Source of the DNA: Planctomycetota bacterium
GTDB lineage: Bacteria > Planctomycetota > UBA1135 > UBA2386
Assembly: GCA_046290465.1 (NCBI GenBank)
Contig: JBKAGP010000001.1
Location: 3,424,001-3,488,000, forward strand
Direction: 5' to 3'
Length of the DNA: 64,000 nucleotides
The number at the start of each line of letters is the position of its first letter. Position 1 is the stretch's first letter. The notes under the pieces were generated by a model. The model was given only the letters and a program-made list of their open reading frames with translations, had not been told where the DNA came from and searched no databases. A program made the translations under genes and the position numbers. Positions 29,058 to 39,535 of this stretch are shown in pieces.

Positions 29058-30497
29058 TCAGGCCAGGATGCCGCGCACGACCTTCGCCGGCTCGACGCCA
29101 GTGAGCTTCTGGTCGAGGCCCTGGAACGGGAACGTCAGCCGCTCGTGGTCGACGCCACACAGGTGCAGCATGGTCGCGTGCAGGTCGTGCACCGAGACCG
29201 GGTCGCGCGCGACGTTGTAGCTGAAGTCGTCGGTCTCGCCGTAGTGCAGGCCGCCGCGGATGCCGCCGCCGGCCAGCCAGCCGCTGAAGCAGCGCGGGTG
29301 GTGGTCGCGGCCGTAGTCGTGCCGTTCGAGCCGGCCCTGGCCGTAGACCGTGCGACCGAACTCGCCGGCGAACACCACCAGCGTGTCGTCGAGCAGCCCG
29401 CGCCGCTTGAGGTCGATCAGCAGCGCCGCCGACGGCTGGTCGACGTCGAAGCATTGGCCCGGGAGCTGCTTGGGCAGGATCGTGTGGTGGTCCCAACCGC
29501 GGTGGAAGATCTGCACGAAGCGCACGTCGCGTTCGATCATGCGGCGCGCGAGCAGGCAGTTGCGCGCGAACGAGCCGGGCTTGTCGACCTCGGGGCCGTA
29601 GAGCGCGCGCACGCTCTCCGGTTCGCTCGCGACATCGGTCAGCTCGGGCACCGACGCCTGCATGCGGAACGCCATCTCCTGCTGCGCGATCGTCGTCGCG
29701 ATCGCCGGATCGCCGAGCTCCTGATGGTGCTTGTCGTTGAGCGCCGCGACCGCGTCCAGCATGCGCCGCCGCACGCCGCGGTCGACGCCCGCCGGGTTGG
29801 ACAAGAACAGCACCGGGTCGCCGTTGGTCTGGAACGCGGTGCCCTGGTGCTTGCCCGGCAGGAAGCCGCTCGACCACAGCCGGCTGTAGAGGCCCTGCAC
29901 GTTGCGCGTGCCGCCGGTCCAGTACGCCGAGGTCAGCACGACGAAGTCCGGCAGGTCGCGGTTGAGCGAGCCGAGCCCGTAGCTCAGCCACGCGCCCATG
30001 CTGGCCTTGCCCGGGATCTCCGAGCCGGTGCAGAAGAACGTCTTGCCCGGGTCGTGGTTGATCGCGTTGGTGGTCAGCGACCGCACCACGCAGATGTCGT
30101 CGGCCACGCCGCCGAGGTGCGGCAGCAGCTCGCTCCACCAGCCGCCGCTCTGGCCACGGCGCGAGAACCCGAACATCGACGGCGCGCACAGCTGCGTGCG
30201 GCCGCGCGTCATCGCGGTCACGCGCTGGCCGTTGCTCACGCTCGGCGGCAGCGGCTCCTTGAAGCGCTTGGCCAGGTCCGGCTTGTAGTCGAACAGGTCG
30301 AGCTGGCTCGGCGCCCCCGCCATGAACAGGAAGATCACGCGCTTGGCGCGCGGCGCGTGGTGCATGCCGCGCCGGCCGTCGTCGTTCCCGCCGTGCAGCA
30401 GCGAGTTGCCGACGACCGCGCCGAGCCCCATCGCCGACGTCTTCAAGAAGGTCCGGCGCTGCTGCAGCGCCAACAGGTCTCGCAGCGGTCGGCTCAT
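29058..30497 (-). CDS. DUF1501 domain protein (Tat-like signal)
   Basis: RRTFLK, AKRVIFLFMAGAPSQLDLFDYKP, NCLLARRMIE, GEFGRT, GRDHHP; ATGA overlap with upstream gene. Confidence 0.92.
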   Translation of the reverse strand: MSRPLRDLLALQQRRTFLKTSAMGLGAVVGNSLLHGGNDDGRRGMHHAPRAKRVIFLFMAGAPSQLDLFDYKPDLAKRFKEPLPPSVSNGQRVTAMTRGRTQLCAPSMFGFSRRGQSGGWWSELLPHLGGVADDICVVRSLTTNAINHDPGKTFFCTGSEIPGKASMGAWLSYGLGSLNRDLPDFVVLTSAYWTGGTRNVQGLYSRLWSSGFLPGKHQGTAFQTNGDPVLFLSNPAGVDRGVRRRMLDAVAALNDKHHQELGDPAIATTIAQQEMAFRMQASVPELTDVASEPESVRALYGPEVDKPGSFARNCLLARRMIERDVRFVQIFHRGWDHHTILPKQLPGQCFDVDQPSAALLIDLKRRGLLDDTLVVFAGEFGRTVYGQGRLERHDYGRDHHPRCFSGWLAGGGIRGGLHYGETDDFSYNVARDPVSVHDLHATMLHLCGVDHERLTFPFQGLDQKLTGVEPAKVVRGILA

Positions 30498-32899
30498 TGG
30501 TGGGTCTTGGTGACGTCGAGGTTGTAGACGGCGCTGACCACCATGGTCCACGCGGCCAGTTCGGGCGCAGCGACCCCGTCGGGCAGCGCGACGCCGCGGC
30601 AGGCCGCGTCGGCCAGGCCCGGCCGCTGGCCGTAGTCGCGGCGCAGTTCGTCGAGCGACGAGCGCAGCAACTCGCGCTCGCGCGCGTCGGGCAGGTGCGA
30701 CGTGATCGTCTCGAACACGAACGCCAACCGCTGCGCGTCGTCGCCGCGCAGATCCCGCAGCGTGGTCAGCGCCAGGTGGCGCGCGGCGCGGTGGTATTCG
30801 GGTTCGTTGAGCAGCAGCAGCGCCTGCAGCGGCGTGTTGGTGCGTTCGCGTCGCACCACGCACGCCTCGCGCGTCGGAGCGTTGAGGATCGTCATCTGCG
30901 GCGGCGGCAGCCCGCGCTTCCAGAACGTGTAGATGCTGCGCCGCACGATCTGGTCGCCGGAGTCCTGCCGGTAGCTGCGCGGGAACGACGACGGCAGCGC
31001 GACCGCCTTCCAGATGCCGGCCGGCTGCGGCGGCTTGACGCTCTTGCCGAACATCTCCGGGTTCAACAGCCCGCTGCTGGCGAGCACCTGGTCGCGCAGC
31101 ATCTCGGCGTCCATGCGGAAGCGCGCGCCGCGCGCCAGCAGGCGGTTGTCGGGATCGCGCCGGAACGCCGCCGGGCTCGCCGCCGACGACTGCCGGTAGG
31201 TCTGCGACGTGACGATCGCGCGCACCAGCACCTTGACGTTCCATCCCGAGCGCACGAACCGCGTCGCCAGGTGGTCGAGCAGCTGCGGGTGGCTCGGCAC
31301 CTCGCCCTGCATGCCGAAGTCCTCCGCCGTGCGCACCAGCCCGACGCCGAAGAACTGCTGCCAGAACCGGTTGACGGCGACGCGCGCGGTCAGCGGATGC
31401 TGCGGGTCGAGCAGCCAGTCGGCGAGGTCCATGCGCGACGGCCGCGGACCGCGGCTGCGCAGCGGCGGCAGGAATGCCGGCGTGCCGCGTGCCACCTGCT
31501 CGCCCGGCTGGTCGTACTGGCCGCGCACGAACACGTGCGTCGGCCGCACGTCGGCGCGCTCCTTCATCACCATCGCCGCCGGGATCTGCAGCGTCAGTTC
31601 GTCGCGCTGCTTCTGCACCTTGCCGACCTCGGCCTTGGCGCGCTCGACCGCCTGGCCGGCGAGCCCGGCGAACGGCTCGAGGCACAGGCGCGCCAGCCAC
31701 TCGGCTCCGGTGCGCGCACCGTCGGCGGCACGCTGCCGTCGAGCCAGCCGGCGCCGCGCCGCCTGCTGCGACGGGTCCGGCAGATCGACGAACGGCGGCT
31801 GCAGGCCGCGACGGAAGTCGGTGCCGTTGCGGCGACCGGTCTCGGGGTCGGCGTCGAGGTTGTTGAAGAACGCCGCGAACCGGTAGAAGTCGCGCTGCTC
31901 GATCGGGTCGTACTTGTGGTCGTGGCACTGCGCGCAGCCGACGGTCATGCCGAGGAACACGGTGCCGAACGCGTTGACGCGGTCGATGACGTTGCGCGCC
32001 AGGCTCTCCTCCGGCAGCGCCGTGCCGACGTCGATGATCAGGTGCAGGCGGTGGTAGCCCGACGCGATCCGCTGGTCGTCCGTCGGCTCGTCGTAGAGGT
32101 CGCCGGCGAGCTGGTAGCGCAGGAAGTCGTCGTACGGCAGGTTGTCGGCGAACGCGCGGATCACCCAGTCGCGATACGGCGACAGCTCGCGGTAGTGGTC
32201 GTGGTGGATGCCGTTGGTGTCGGCGAAGCGCACCGCATCCAGCCAGTAGCGGGCCATGTGCTCGCCGAACTGCGCTCGCTGCAGCAGCCGGTCGACGAGC
32301 CGTTCGTAGGCGTTGGGCGCACGGTCGTCGACGAACGCACGCACCTCGTCGCGCGTCGGCGGCAGGCCGGTCAGGTCGAACGTCACGCGCCGGATCAGCG
32401 TGCGGCGGTCGGCCGGCTCGCTCGGACGCAGCCCCTGCTGCTCGAGCCGCGCATGCACCAGCCGGTCGATCGCCCGCTCCGACCACGGCCCGTCGCCCGC
32501 CACCGGCACGGCCGCAGGCTGCGGCGCCTCGAACGCCCAATGCCGTTCGTGCCGCGCGCCGCCGTCGATCCACGCCCGCACGATCGCCCGCTCCGCGTCG
32601 GTCCACGGCTGCTGGTGCGCCGACGGCGGCGGCATGCGGTCGTCGTCGTCGTCGCTGGTGATCCGCCGCCACAGCTCGCGCATCGACACGCCTTCGGTCG
32701 CGCGGTCGAGGCGCAGGTCCGCCTTGCGCGCGCGCGCGTCGGGGCCGTGGCACGCAAAGCAACGGCGCGACAGCAGCGGCCGCACGTCGCGCTGGTAGTC
32801 GACGGTCTGCTGCGCGGACGCGCGGCTCGCGATCGCGCAGACGATCATGCCGAGCGCGGCGAGCGCCAACGCCAGCCGTGGGGACGAGGGCCTGGTCAC
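30494..32899 (-). CDS. Planctomycete cytochrome c / PSD1 (DUF1549, DUF1553) protein
   Basis: CFACHG, CAQCHDHKYDP, TLIRRVTFDLTGLPP, HPLTARVAVNRFW, TNTPLQAL. Confidence 0.93.
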   Translation of the reverse strand: MTRPSSPRLALALAALGMIVCAIASRASAQQTVDYQRDVRPLLSRRCFACHGPDARARKADLRLDRATEGVSMRELWRRITSDDDDDRMPPPSAHQQPWTDAERAIVRAWIDGGARHERHWAFEAPQPAAVPVAGDGPWSERAIDRLVHARLEQQGLRPSEPADRRTLIRRVTFDLTGLPPTRDEVRAFVDDRAPNAYERLVDRLLQRAQFGEHMARYWLDAVRFADTNGIHHDHYRELSPYRDWVIRAFADNLPYDDFLRYQLAGDLYDEPTDDQRIASGYHRLHLIIDVGTALPEESLARNVIDRVNAFGTVFLGMTVGCAQCHDHKYDPIEQRDFYRFAAFFNNLDADPETGRRNGTDFRRGLQPPFVDLPDPSQQAARRRLARRQRAADGARTGAEWLARLCLEPFAGLAGQAVERAKAEVGKVQKQRDELTLQIPAAMVMKERADVRPTHVFVRGQYDQPGEQVARGTPAFLPPLRSRGPRPSRMDLADWLLDPQHPLTARVAVNRFWQQFFGVGLVRTAEDFGMQGEVPSHPQLLDHLATRFVRSGWNVKVLVRAIVTSQTYRQSSAASPAAFRRDPDNRLLARGARFRMDAEMLRDQVLASSGLLNPEMFGKSVKPPQPAGIWKAVALPSSFPRSYRQDSGDQIVRRSIYTFWKRGLPPPQMTILNAPTREACVVRRERTNTPLQALLLLNEPEYHRAARHLALTTLRDLRGDDAQRLAFVFETITSHLPDARERELLRSSLDELRRDYGQRPGLADAACRGVALPDGVAAPELAAWTMVVSAVYNLDVTKTHQ

Positions 32900-33053
32900 G
32901 CCGGCACGATAGCGGATCGAGCGACGCGCGCCCGTACCGTTGCGGTCGCCCGCGCCATCGCGCTCCCACGCTCGCGACCTGGCATCCTTGCGACGCCGCC
33001 GCCCGCTGCGGCGAGTTGGTGCGGCGCTACTTCCCCGACGCTACGCTGCCGAC

Positions 33054-34325
33054 GTGAAGACCCTGACCGTCGCCGTCGTCGCCGCGCTGCATGCCTGCGG
33101 CGCCCTCGTTGCCCAGTCCGACGCCGACCGGCACGCGGCGGACCAGCACGGAGACCCGCTCGAGGCGGTGCGCACCTGGCTCGCCCGACCGGCCGCGCAG
33201 CGCGGCGAGCAGATCCCCGACGTGCGCCTGAGCGCGGACCAGGCCGAGCAGGTGGTCGGACTGGTGTTCGTCAAGCTGCGCGAAGAGGCGCGGGCGGCGC
33301 GCGCAGCCGAGCTGAAGCCGGTCGATGCCGAGCGCCGCCGGCCGACCAACCTGCTGACGGTCGAAGCCGCCGGCAAGCAGATGAAGGTCTACGAGCGCAC
33401 GTTCGGCAAGGCGCCGGAGCGCGGCCACAGCCTGTGGATCTCGATGCACGGCGGCGGCGGTGCCCCGGCGCGCGTCAACGACGGCCAGTGGCACAACCAG
33501 ATCGAGCTCTACCAGCCCGAAGAAGGCATCTACGTGGCGCCGCGCGCGCCGAGCAACACCTGGAACCTCTGGCACGAGGGCCACATCGACCCGCTGTTCG
33601 ATCGCCTGATCGAGAACTACGTCATCGACCGCGGCGTCGACCCCAATCGCGTCTACCTGATGGGCTACTCGGCCGGCGGCGACGGCGTCTACCAGCTCGC
33701 GCCGCGCATGGCCGACCGGTTCGCCGCCGCGTCGATGATGGCCGGCCACCCCAACGGCGTGCCGATGCTCGGCCTGCGCAACCTGCCGTTCATGATCTGG
33801 ATGGGCGCCAAGGACGGCGCCTACCAGCGCAACGAGCAGGCCGCCGCCTACGGCAAGAAGCTCGACGAGCTCGCTGCCAAGGACCCCGGCGGCTACGTGC
33901 ACGAGACCCACATCGTCGCGGGCAAGGGCCACTGGATGGATCGCGAGGACCGCAAGGCGGTGCCGTGGATGGCACGACACACCCGCGAACCATGGCCGAA
34001 GAAGGTCGTCTGGAAGCAGAGCGGCCGCCTGCACGAACGGTTCTACTGGCTCTCGCTGGCGGCCGGCGCGGCGAGGGACGGCCAGACGGTGCGCGCCGAG
34101 GTCGACGGCCAGCGCATCGTGCTCACCACCGAGAACGTCACCGGCCTGCGTCTGCGGCTACGCGACGCGCTGGTCGATCTCGACGAGCCACTGCGCATCG
34201 AGCTCGACGGCAAGCCGCTGCCGGCGGCGACGGTGCACCGCTCGGTGCGGGCGATCTACGAGTCGCTGCAGCAGCGGTTGGACCCGGCGACCGCGGCGAC
34301 GGCGGTGCTGCAGGTCCAGGACTAG
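33054..34325 (+). CDS. Secreted alpha/beta hydrolase (esterase/peptidase-like)
   Basis: SMHGGG, VDPNRVYLMGYSAGGDG, GKGHW. Confidence 0.82.
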   Translation: MKTLTVAVVAALHACGALVAQSDADRHAADQHGDPLEAVRTWLARPAAQRGEQIPDVRLSADQAEQVVGLVFVKLREEARAARAAELKPVDAERRRPTNLLTVEAAGKQMKVYERTFGKAPERGHSLWISMHGGGGAPARVNDGQWHNQIELYQPEEGIYVAPRAPSNTWNLWHEGHIDPLFDRLIENYVIDRGVDPNRVYLMGYSAGGDGVYQLAPRMADRFAAASMMAGHPNGVPMLGLRNLPFMIWMGAKDGAYQRNEQAAAYGKKLDELAAKDPGGYVHETHIVAGKGHWMDREDRKAVPWMARHTREPWPKKVVWKQSGRLHERFYWLSLAAGAARDGQTVRAEVDGQRIVLTTENVTGLRLRLRDALVDLDEPLRIELDGKPLPAATVHRSVRAIYESLQQRLDPATAATAVLQVQD

Positions 34326-34419
34326 CAGCGGCGGACGCCGTTCTGGCAGGGCCGGCCGCGATGGGCCGGTCGCGAAGGGCCAACCGAGACAAGACAGCCG
34401 AGAAGCGACGACCCGCGAC

Positions 34420-34848
34420 CTACGTCCAGTCCTTCATCATCAGCCCGTCGCCGTCGCGGAAGTTGCCGCAGGCGAGGATGATCAGGTCGACCAGCACCCA
34501 GATGCCGGTCACGATCACGCCAACCAGCGTGAGCGTCAGCAACAGCATCACGATGCCCGAGCCGGTCCTGCCGGCGTAGAAGCGGTGGATGCCGAGCGGG
34601 CCGATGAACCACGCCAACAGGAACGCGACCAGCACCTTGCGCTCGCTGACGTTCTCGCGCTTGCCGGGCACGTTGACGACGCCGGAGATCGAGCGCAGCG
34701 GCACCCAGTCGGGCGTGCCCTCGACCCATGCCAGGTCGTTGCGGTCGAGCTGGTCGGACAGCAGCAGCTGGTTGACGTCGCTGAGCGAGTAGGGCCCGCA
34801 GTTCTCTTCGTCGTGACGAACGGTGATTCGGATCGATGGGTCGCTCAT
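34420..34848 (-). CDS. GYF_2 + TM2 domain membrane protein
   Basis: GPYSL...LAWVEGTPDWVPL; LGIHRFYAG...WVLVDLI. Confidence 0.85.
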   Translation of the reverse strand: MSDPSIRITVRHDEENCGPYSLSDVNQLLLSDQLDRNDLAWVEGTPDWVPLRSISGVVNVPGKRENVSERKVLVAFLLAWFIGPLGIHRFYAGRTGSGIVMLLLTLTLVGVIVTGIWVLVDLIILACGNFRDGDGLMMKDWT

Positions 34849-34903
34849 GGGAGGCGGCGGCTACGCGAACGTTCGGAGGTTATCCCGGATCGGGCGAGAC
34901 AGG

Positions 34904-36901
34904 CTACCGCGGCCAGGAGTTGTCCCCACGCGCGGCGTCCGGGAAACGGCCGCCCGGGTCGAGCACCAGCTGCTGCAGCTCGGCGAGCCGGCCCGGGATG
35001 CGAACCTCCTCGGTCCGGCTGCCGTCGAACCAGACGTCGACCGGACGCGTGAGCCGTCGGGGCTGCTCGTCCCCGGCAAACGTCACGTCGAGCACGATCG
35101 GCGACGGCATGCCGCCGTCCTGGCGCACCGTGACGACGATGTCGTCGCCATCCTGCCGCACGCCCTGGATCGAGCCGTCGACCGACTCGGTGGTCCACAG
35201 CCAGTAGTACCAGAACCAGCCGAGGTCCATCTCGAGGTAGTCGCTCATGAAGAACGCGAAGTCCCACGGGCACGGGTGCTTGAACAACCACGTGCGCGCG
35301 TATTCCTTCATGCCGGCCTGCACGCGATCGTCCCCGACGATGCCGCCGAGCATCGACAGCATCATCGGCGCCTTCATGTAGGTGACGAAGCCGTACTGAG
35401 GGCCGCCGTAGTTGGCGGTCCACATCATCGGCGCCTCGCGCTCGTCGAGCGCGCGCCGACCGTAGCTCTGCCCGCGACCGTCGAGGCCGGGCTCGCGGCC
35501 GCGACGATGCGCGCCCGACAGGATGTTCATGTAGCTGTTGAAGCCTTCGTCCATCCAGCCGTACATCGTCTCGTTGGTGCCGAGCATCATCGGCCACCAC
35601 TGGTGCGCCGCCTCGTGGTCGGCCGCGCCCTGGTTGGAGTTGATGACCATCGGGTACTCCATGCCGGCGCTCGGGCCGTCCTGCAGCGCCAGCTTGGGGA
35701 ACGCGTACGGGATCCACAGGTCGCTGTAGAACTCGAGGGCGTGCCGCGTGATCGCGCCGGCGTTGCGGAACATGCGCGCCCGCCGCGGCAGGTAGAACAT
35801 GTGGATCGGCACCGGCCCCTTCTGCGGGATCGTCGCGCGGGTCGCGGACCAGACGTAGTCGCGTGCGGTCGACCACGCGAAGTCGTTGACGAGGTCGGCG
35901 TGGAAGCGCCAGGTCAGCCGTTCGCCCGCGGCCGTGGCCTTGCCCGAGCCGCGCTCGTCCTCACCGACGATCACCCGCTCTTGGTCCGATCCGGTCACCT
36001 TGGCGAGGCGCTCCCGAACGGTCTCGCTGAGCACCTCGTCGGCGTTCTGCAGCGTGCCGGTGGCGCTGACCAGCCAGCCGCCGGGCACGTCGAGCGCGAC
36101 GTCGAAGCTGCCGAAGTTGTTGTAGAACTCGGACGGGCCGAGGTAGGGCGACGTCACCCAGCCGTGCAGGTCGTCGTACTTGCATAACCGCGGGAACCAC
36201 TGCGTCGGCTGGAACAGCGTGTCGTCCCAGCGCTGCGTCATGCGGTGGCCGCGGCCGCCGTCGCCGCCGGGCAGCCTGGTGTGCCAGTCGATCGCGACCC
36301 GGGCCTTGGCGCCGGCGGCGATCGGCTCGGCGAGGTGCACGGCTGCGACCGTGCGGTCGAGGCCGGAGACCGACGCACCGCCCGAGCCACCCGGCCGACC
36401 ACGTCGACCGCGCCGGCCGCGCGCGGCGAGATCGACCTCGCTGCCGTCGACCGCGATCCGCGTCACCACCATGCCGTCGGTGTTCTCCGCCGGCACCGAC
36501 GAACCGCGCGGCACCCCGAACCGGAACAGGTTGTGGTCGAGACGCAGGTAGAGCGTGCGCAGCGCGTCCGGGCTGTTGTTGTGCACGGTGATCGTCTCGC
36601 TGCCGTGCAGGGTCTGGGTCGCCGTGTCGAGCCGCGCCTCGATGTCGAAGTCGGTGCGCAGCTGCCAGTAGGCAGGGCCCGGGCGGCCGTTCAGCGCGCG
36701 CGCACCCGAAGCCAGGCCGCGGCGGATCGTGCGCGTCAACGGCACGTCGCGGCGGATCGCGCGGCTGTCACCCGGCAGGCCCGCGCGCAGGTGCGCCGGC
36801 GCCTCGGCGATCAGGTCCTGCACGTCGCGCTGGGCGACGAGGGCTGCGGACGGCGACACGAGCGAGGTCAGGACGACGAGGAAGGTCTGGTGGCGCAGCA
36901 T
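34904..36901 (-). CDS. M1 family metallopeptidase, secreted
   Basis: AGMEYP, HEAAHQWW...WMDEG, YMKA. Confidence 0.9.
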   Translation of the reverse strand: MLRHQTFLVVLTSLVSPSAALVAQRDVQDLIAEAPAHLRAGLPGDSRAIRRDVPLTRTIRRGLASGARALNGRPGPAYWQLRTDFDIEARLDTATQTLHGSETITVHNNSPDALRTLYLRLDHNLFRFGVPRGSSVPAENTDGMVVTRIAVDGSEVDLAARGRRGRRGRPGGSGGASVSGLDRTVAAVHLAEPIAAGAKARVAIDWHTRLPGGDGGRGHRMTQRWDDTLFQPTQWFPRLCKYDDLHGWVTSPYLGPSEFYNNFGSFDVALDVPGGWLVSATGTLQNADEVLSETVRERLAKVTGSDQERVIVGEDERGSGKATAAGERLTWRFHADLVNDFAWSTARDYVWSATRATIPQKGPVPIHMFYLPRRARMFRNAGAITRHALEFYSDLWIPYAFPKLALQDGPSAGMEYPMVINSNQGAADHEAAHQWWPMMLGTNETMYGWMDEGFNSYMNILSGAHRRGREPGLDGRGQSYGRRALDEREAPMMWTANYGGPQYGFVTYMKAPMMLSMLGGIVGDDRVQAGMKEYARTWLFKHPCPWDFAFFMSDYLEMDLGWFWYYWLWTTESVDGSIQGVRQDGDDIVVTVRQDGGMPSPIVLDVTFAGDEQPRRLTRPVDVWFDGSRTEEVRIPGRLAELQQLVLDPGGRFPDAARGDNSWPR

Positions 36902-37051
36902 GGATTCTCCGGGCGGTCACGATGGCCGATGGCAACGGCGCGCGCAAACCCACGAGCGGCCGACGACAGCACGGTTACAACTCGCGACCCTTGCGCGGCC
37001 ATCGACCCGGTCGATACTCGTCGGCGGCGCCGCCGGCGCTGCCCTGCGACG

Positions 37052-38296
37052 ATGAGCAAGCGCTTCCTGATCCTCGGCATGCAGCGCACCGGGACGACGT
37101 TCGTCGCGGCGTGCGCGGGTGGCCACCCACAGGCGTCGATGCTCGGCCCGGAGCTGCGGCAGGGATTCTTCGGCGTCGGCATGCAGGACTTCGTCGCCGG
37201 CCAGGGCACGTTCGCGAACGTGCGCGAGACGTTCCCGCGGCTGTTCGATGCCTTGACCGGCGCGGACCAGCGACCCGATACGCGCATCCAGGGCGCGAAG
37301 ACCGCGATCGTCACGCACGAGGAGGCGGTCGTGATCTGCGACTGCCTCGAGCAGTTCTTCCCCGACATCCTGGTGGTGCTGGTAACGCGCGCGGATCTGG
37401 TCGCCAGCTGCGGCTCGCAGCTGCGCGCCCGCAGGTCGGGCGTCTGGCACTCGTGGTCGGGCCGCAGCCCGACCGGCACGCTGCGGATCCCGCCGCGCAC
37501 GTTCCGTCGCTACGTGCGCGAGGCGCGCCTGATCGAACGGCGCTTCCGCGCGCTCGCCGCCACCCACCGGATGCTCGAACTGAGCTACGAACAGGACGTC
37601 TGCGGCGGGCGCGCGCACGAGCAGCTGTTCGCGTTCCTGGGACTCGACGTGGTCGAACCGAGCTGGGTCGGCATCCAGAAGCTCAACCCCGACGCCAACC
37701 GCTACATCCGCAACCACGACCGGCTGCAGCAGCTGCTGCGGCGCTGCCCCGTCGTCGATCCCGCCGAGGAGCAGGCCGCGGCGCAGGCCGTGCGCGCTCG
37801 TCTGGCCACGGACCAGTCGACCGCCTACCTGCTCGGCCGCGCCGCCGACCTGGCCGCCAGCGGGCACCTCGAGCGCGGCGTGCGCGACCTGCAGCTTGCC
37901 CTGCAACGTCGGGACGCCGCGCCGCAGACGTTCTTGATGGCCAAGGTGCACGCCGCGTTCGAGCATCCGGACGCCGCCGCGCATCCCGACACGCAGCCGC
38001 TGCTGGCGCACATCGAGGCCGGCTGTGGCGACAACCCGACGTTCTTGCTGCAGCGTGCCGGCGAGCGCGAACGTGCGGGTCGGCTGGACGACGCGCGCCA
38101 GGACCTGACGGCCGCGCTGCTCGGCGACCCGGACCGGCTCGGCGAGCGCGGCGCGCGCACCGGCCTGGAGGCGCTCGGTCGCGTGCTGCGGGCGCTCGAC
38201 GACGCGGAGCTGGCGGCGCGGGCGGCACGCGAACTCGCCGCGCGCCATCGCGAGCACCCGGCCTTCGCCGGGCTGCCCGGCGCCGACGCGATCTGA
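37052..38296 (+). CDS. Sulfotransferase-like P-loop domain with helical/TPR-like C-terminus
   Basis: N-terminal FLILGMQRTGTT (PAPS-binding loop-like), LSYEQD, LFAFLG. Confidence 0.7.
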   Translation: MSKRFLILGMQRTGTTFVAACAGGHPQASMLGPELRQGFFGVGMQDFVAGQGTFANVRETFPRLFDALTGADQRPDTRIQGAKTAIVTHEEAVVICDCLEQFFPDILVVLVTRADLVASCGSQLRARRSGVWHSWSGRSPTGTLRIPPRTFRRYVREARLIERRFRALAATHRMLELSYEQDVCGGRAHEQLFAFLGLDVVEPSWVGIQKLNPDANRYIRNHDRLQQLLRRCPVVDPAEEQAAAQAVRARLATDQSTAYLLGRAADLAASGHLERGVRDLQLALQRRDAAPQTFLMAKVHAAFEHPDAAAHPDTQPLLAHIEAGCGDNPTFLLQRAGERERAGRLDDARQDLTAALLGDPDRLGERGARTGLEALGRVLRALDDAELAARAARELAARHREHPAFAGLPGADAI

Positions 38297-38329
38297 GTCG
38301 ACGCCGGGGGCACAGGCGCGCGGGTCAGG

Positions 38330-39535
38330 TCACCGCTTCGAGCCGACGTAGCGCACGCCGTCGATGACCACGCCGAGGCAGTGGCTCGTGTATTCGAACG
38401 GATCGCCGTCGAACAACGCCAGATCCGCGTCCTTGCCGACCGCGAGCGAGCCGACCCGCTGGTCCACGCCGCACAGCCGCGCCGCGTCGATGGTCATCGC
38501 GCGCAACGCCCGCTCGTGCGCGAGGCCGTGCATCACCGAGATCGCGGTCTCCCACAGCACGACGCGCGTCTTCGGCACGTAGGCCTCGTAGCCGCTCTGC
38601 ATCGCGAACGGCACCTTCGCGTCCGCCAGCAGCCTGGCGAGCTCCATCGTGCCGTTCTCGAGGTCGCCGCGGCTGCGCGCCATCGCCGGGTGCGGCAACA
38701 CCCAGCAGCCGGCCTGCTCGATCCGCGGCAGCATCAGGTAGGCCTCGGCGGCGCCGTCGAGCACGACCTCGATGTCGAACTCCTCGGCCACGCGCAGCGC
38801 CGACGCGAGGTCGTGCGCGCGGTGCGCCGTCACCAGCAGCGGCACCTCCTTGGCCAACACCCTGGCCATCGTCTCGAGGCCGAGGTCGGTCGACGCGCGG
38901 TCGTCACGTTCGCGGCGCGCGGCGTAGGCCTTGGCCTCGAGCAGCTTCTCGCGCAGCATCGCCACCGACTTGGCGCGCGTGCCCGGCGCCTTGCCGTCGC
39001 GCGAACGGCCGCTGTCGGCGAGCGTCACCGCGACCATCGCCAGCGGACGCACGACGTCGGCGTCGACGCTGCGGCCGTGCGTCTTGACGACCATCGTCTG
39101 CCCGGAGATCAGCGCCCCCGGACCGTGGCCGGTGTGCATCGTCGTGACGCCGAGCCCGCGCACCCACTCGACCAGCGGATCGCGCGGGTGGTAGGCATCG
39201 AGCGCGCGCAGCTCCGGCTGCATTGGCGACGACTTCTCGAGCTGGTCCTGGTCGTGCGGCACGTTGAGCACGCCGGTCAGGCCGACGGTCGCGTGCGCGT
39301 CGATCAGCCCCGGGGTGACGACCTTGGCGCGCACCACCTCGAGCCCTTCGGGAACGTCGACCTTGCCGACCGCCTCGATCTTGCCGTCGCGCACGATCAC
39401 GACGCCGTTCTCGATCGGCTTGCCGGCCATCGTGTAGAGCGTCTCCGCCCGCACCGCGAACCGCTGCAGCGGCGTGTGGCCGGGCCCCTGCGGCGTCAGG
39501 CACGACACCGCCACCGTCATCGCGAGCGAGATCAT
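38330..39535 (-). CDS. Amidohydrolase family protein
   Basis: VTPGLIDAH, GSLAVGKDADLALFDGDPF. Confidence 0.88.
   Translation of the reverse strand: MISLAMTVAVSCLTPQGPGHTPLQRFAVRAETLYTMAGKPIENGVVIVRDGKIEAVGKVDVPEGLEVVRAKVVTPGLIDAHATVGLTGVLNVPHDQDQLEKSSPMQPELRALDAYHPRDPLVEWVRGLGVTTMHTGHGPGALISGQTMVVKTHGRSVDADVVRPLAMVAVTLADSGRSRDGKAPGTRAKSVAMLREKLLEAKAYAARRERDDRASTDLGLETMARVLAKEVPLLVTAHRAHDLASALRVAEEFDIEVVLDGAAEAYLMLPRIEQAGCWVLPHPAMARSRGDLENGTMELARLLADAKVPFAMQSGYEAYVPKTRVVLWETAISVMHGLAHERALRAMTIDAARLCGVDQRVGSLAVGKDADLALFDGDPFEYTSHCLGVVIDGVRYVGSKR

Noticed and set aside
21725..32969. Apparent fusion proteins (844-aa GlpK, 804-aa MqnE, 837-aa MFS, 1303-aa DUF1501)
   Set aside because: Upstream extensions are off-frame read-throughs of neighbouring genes; recognisable proteins begin at internal starts
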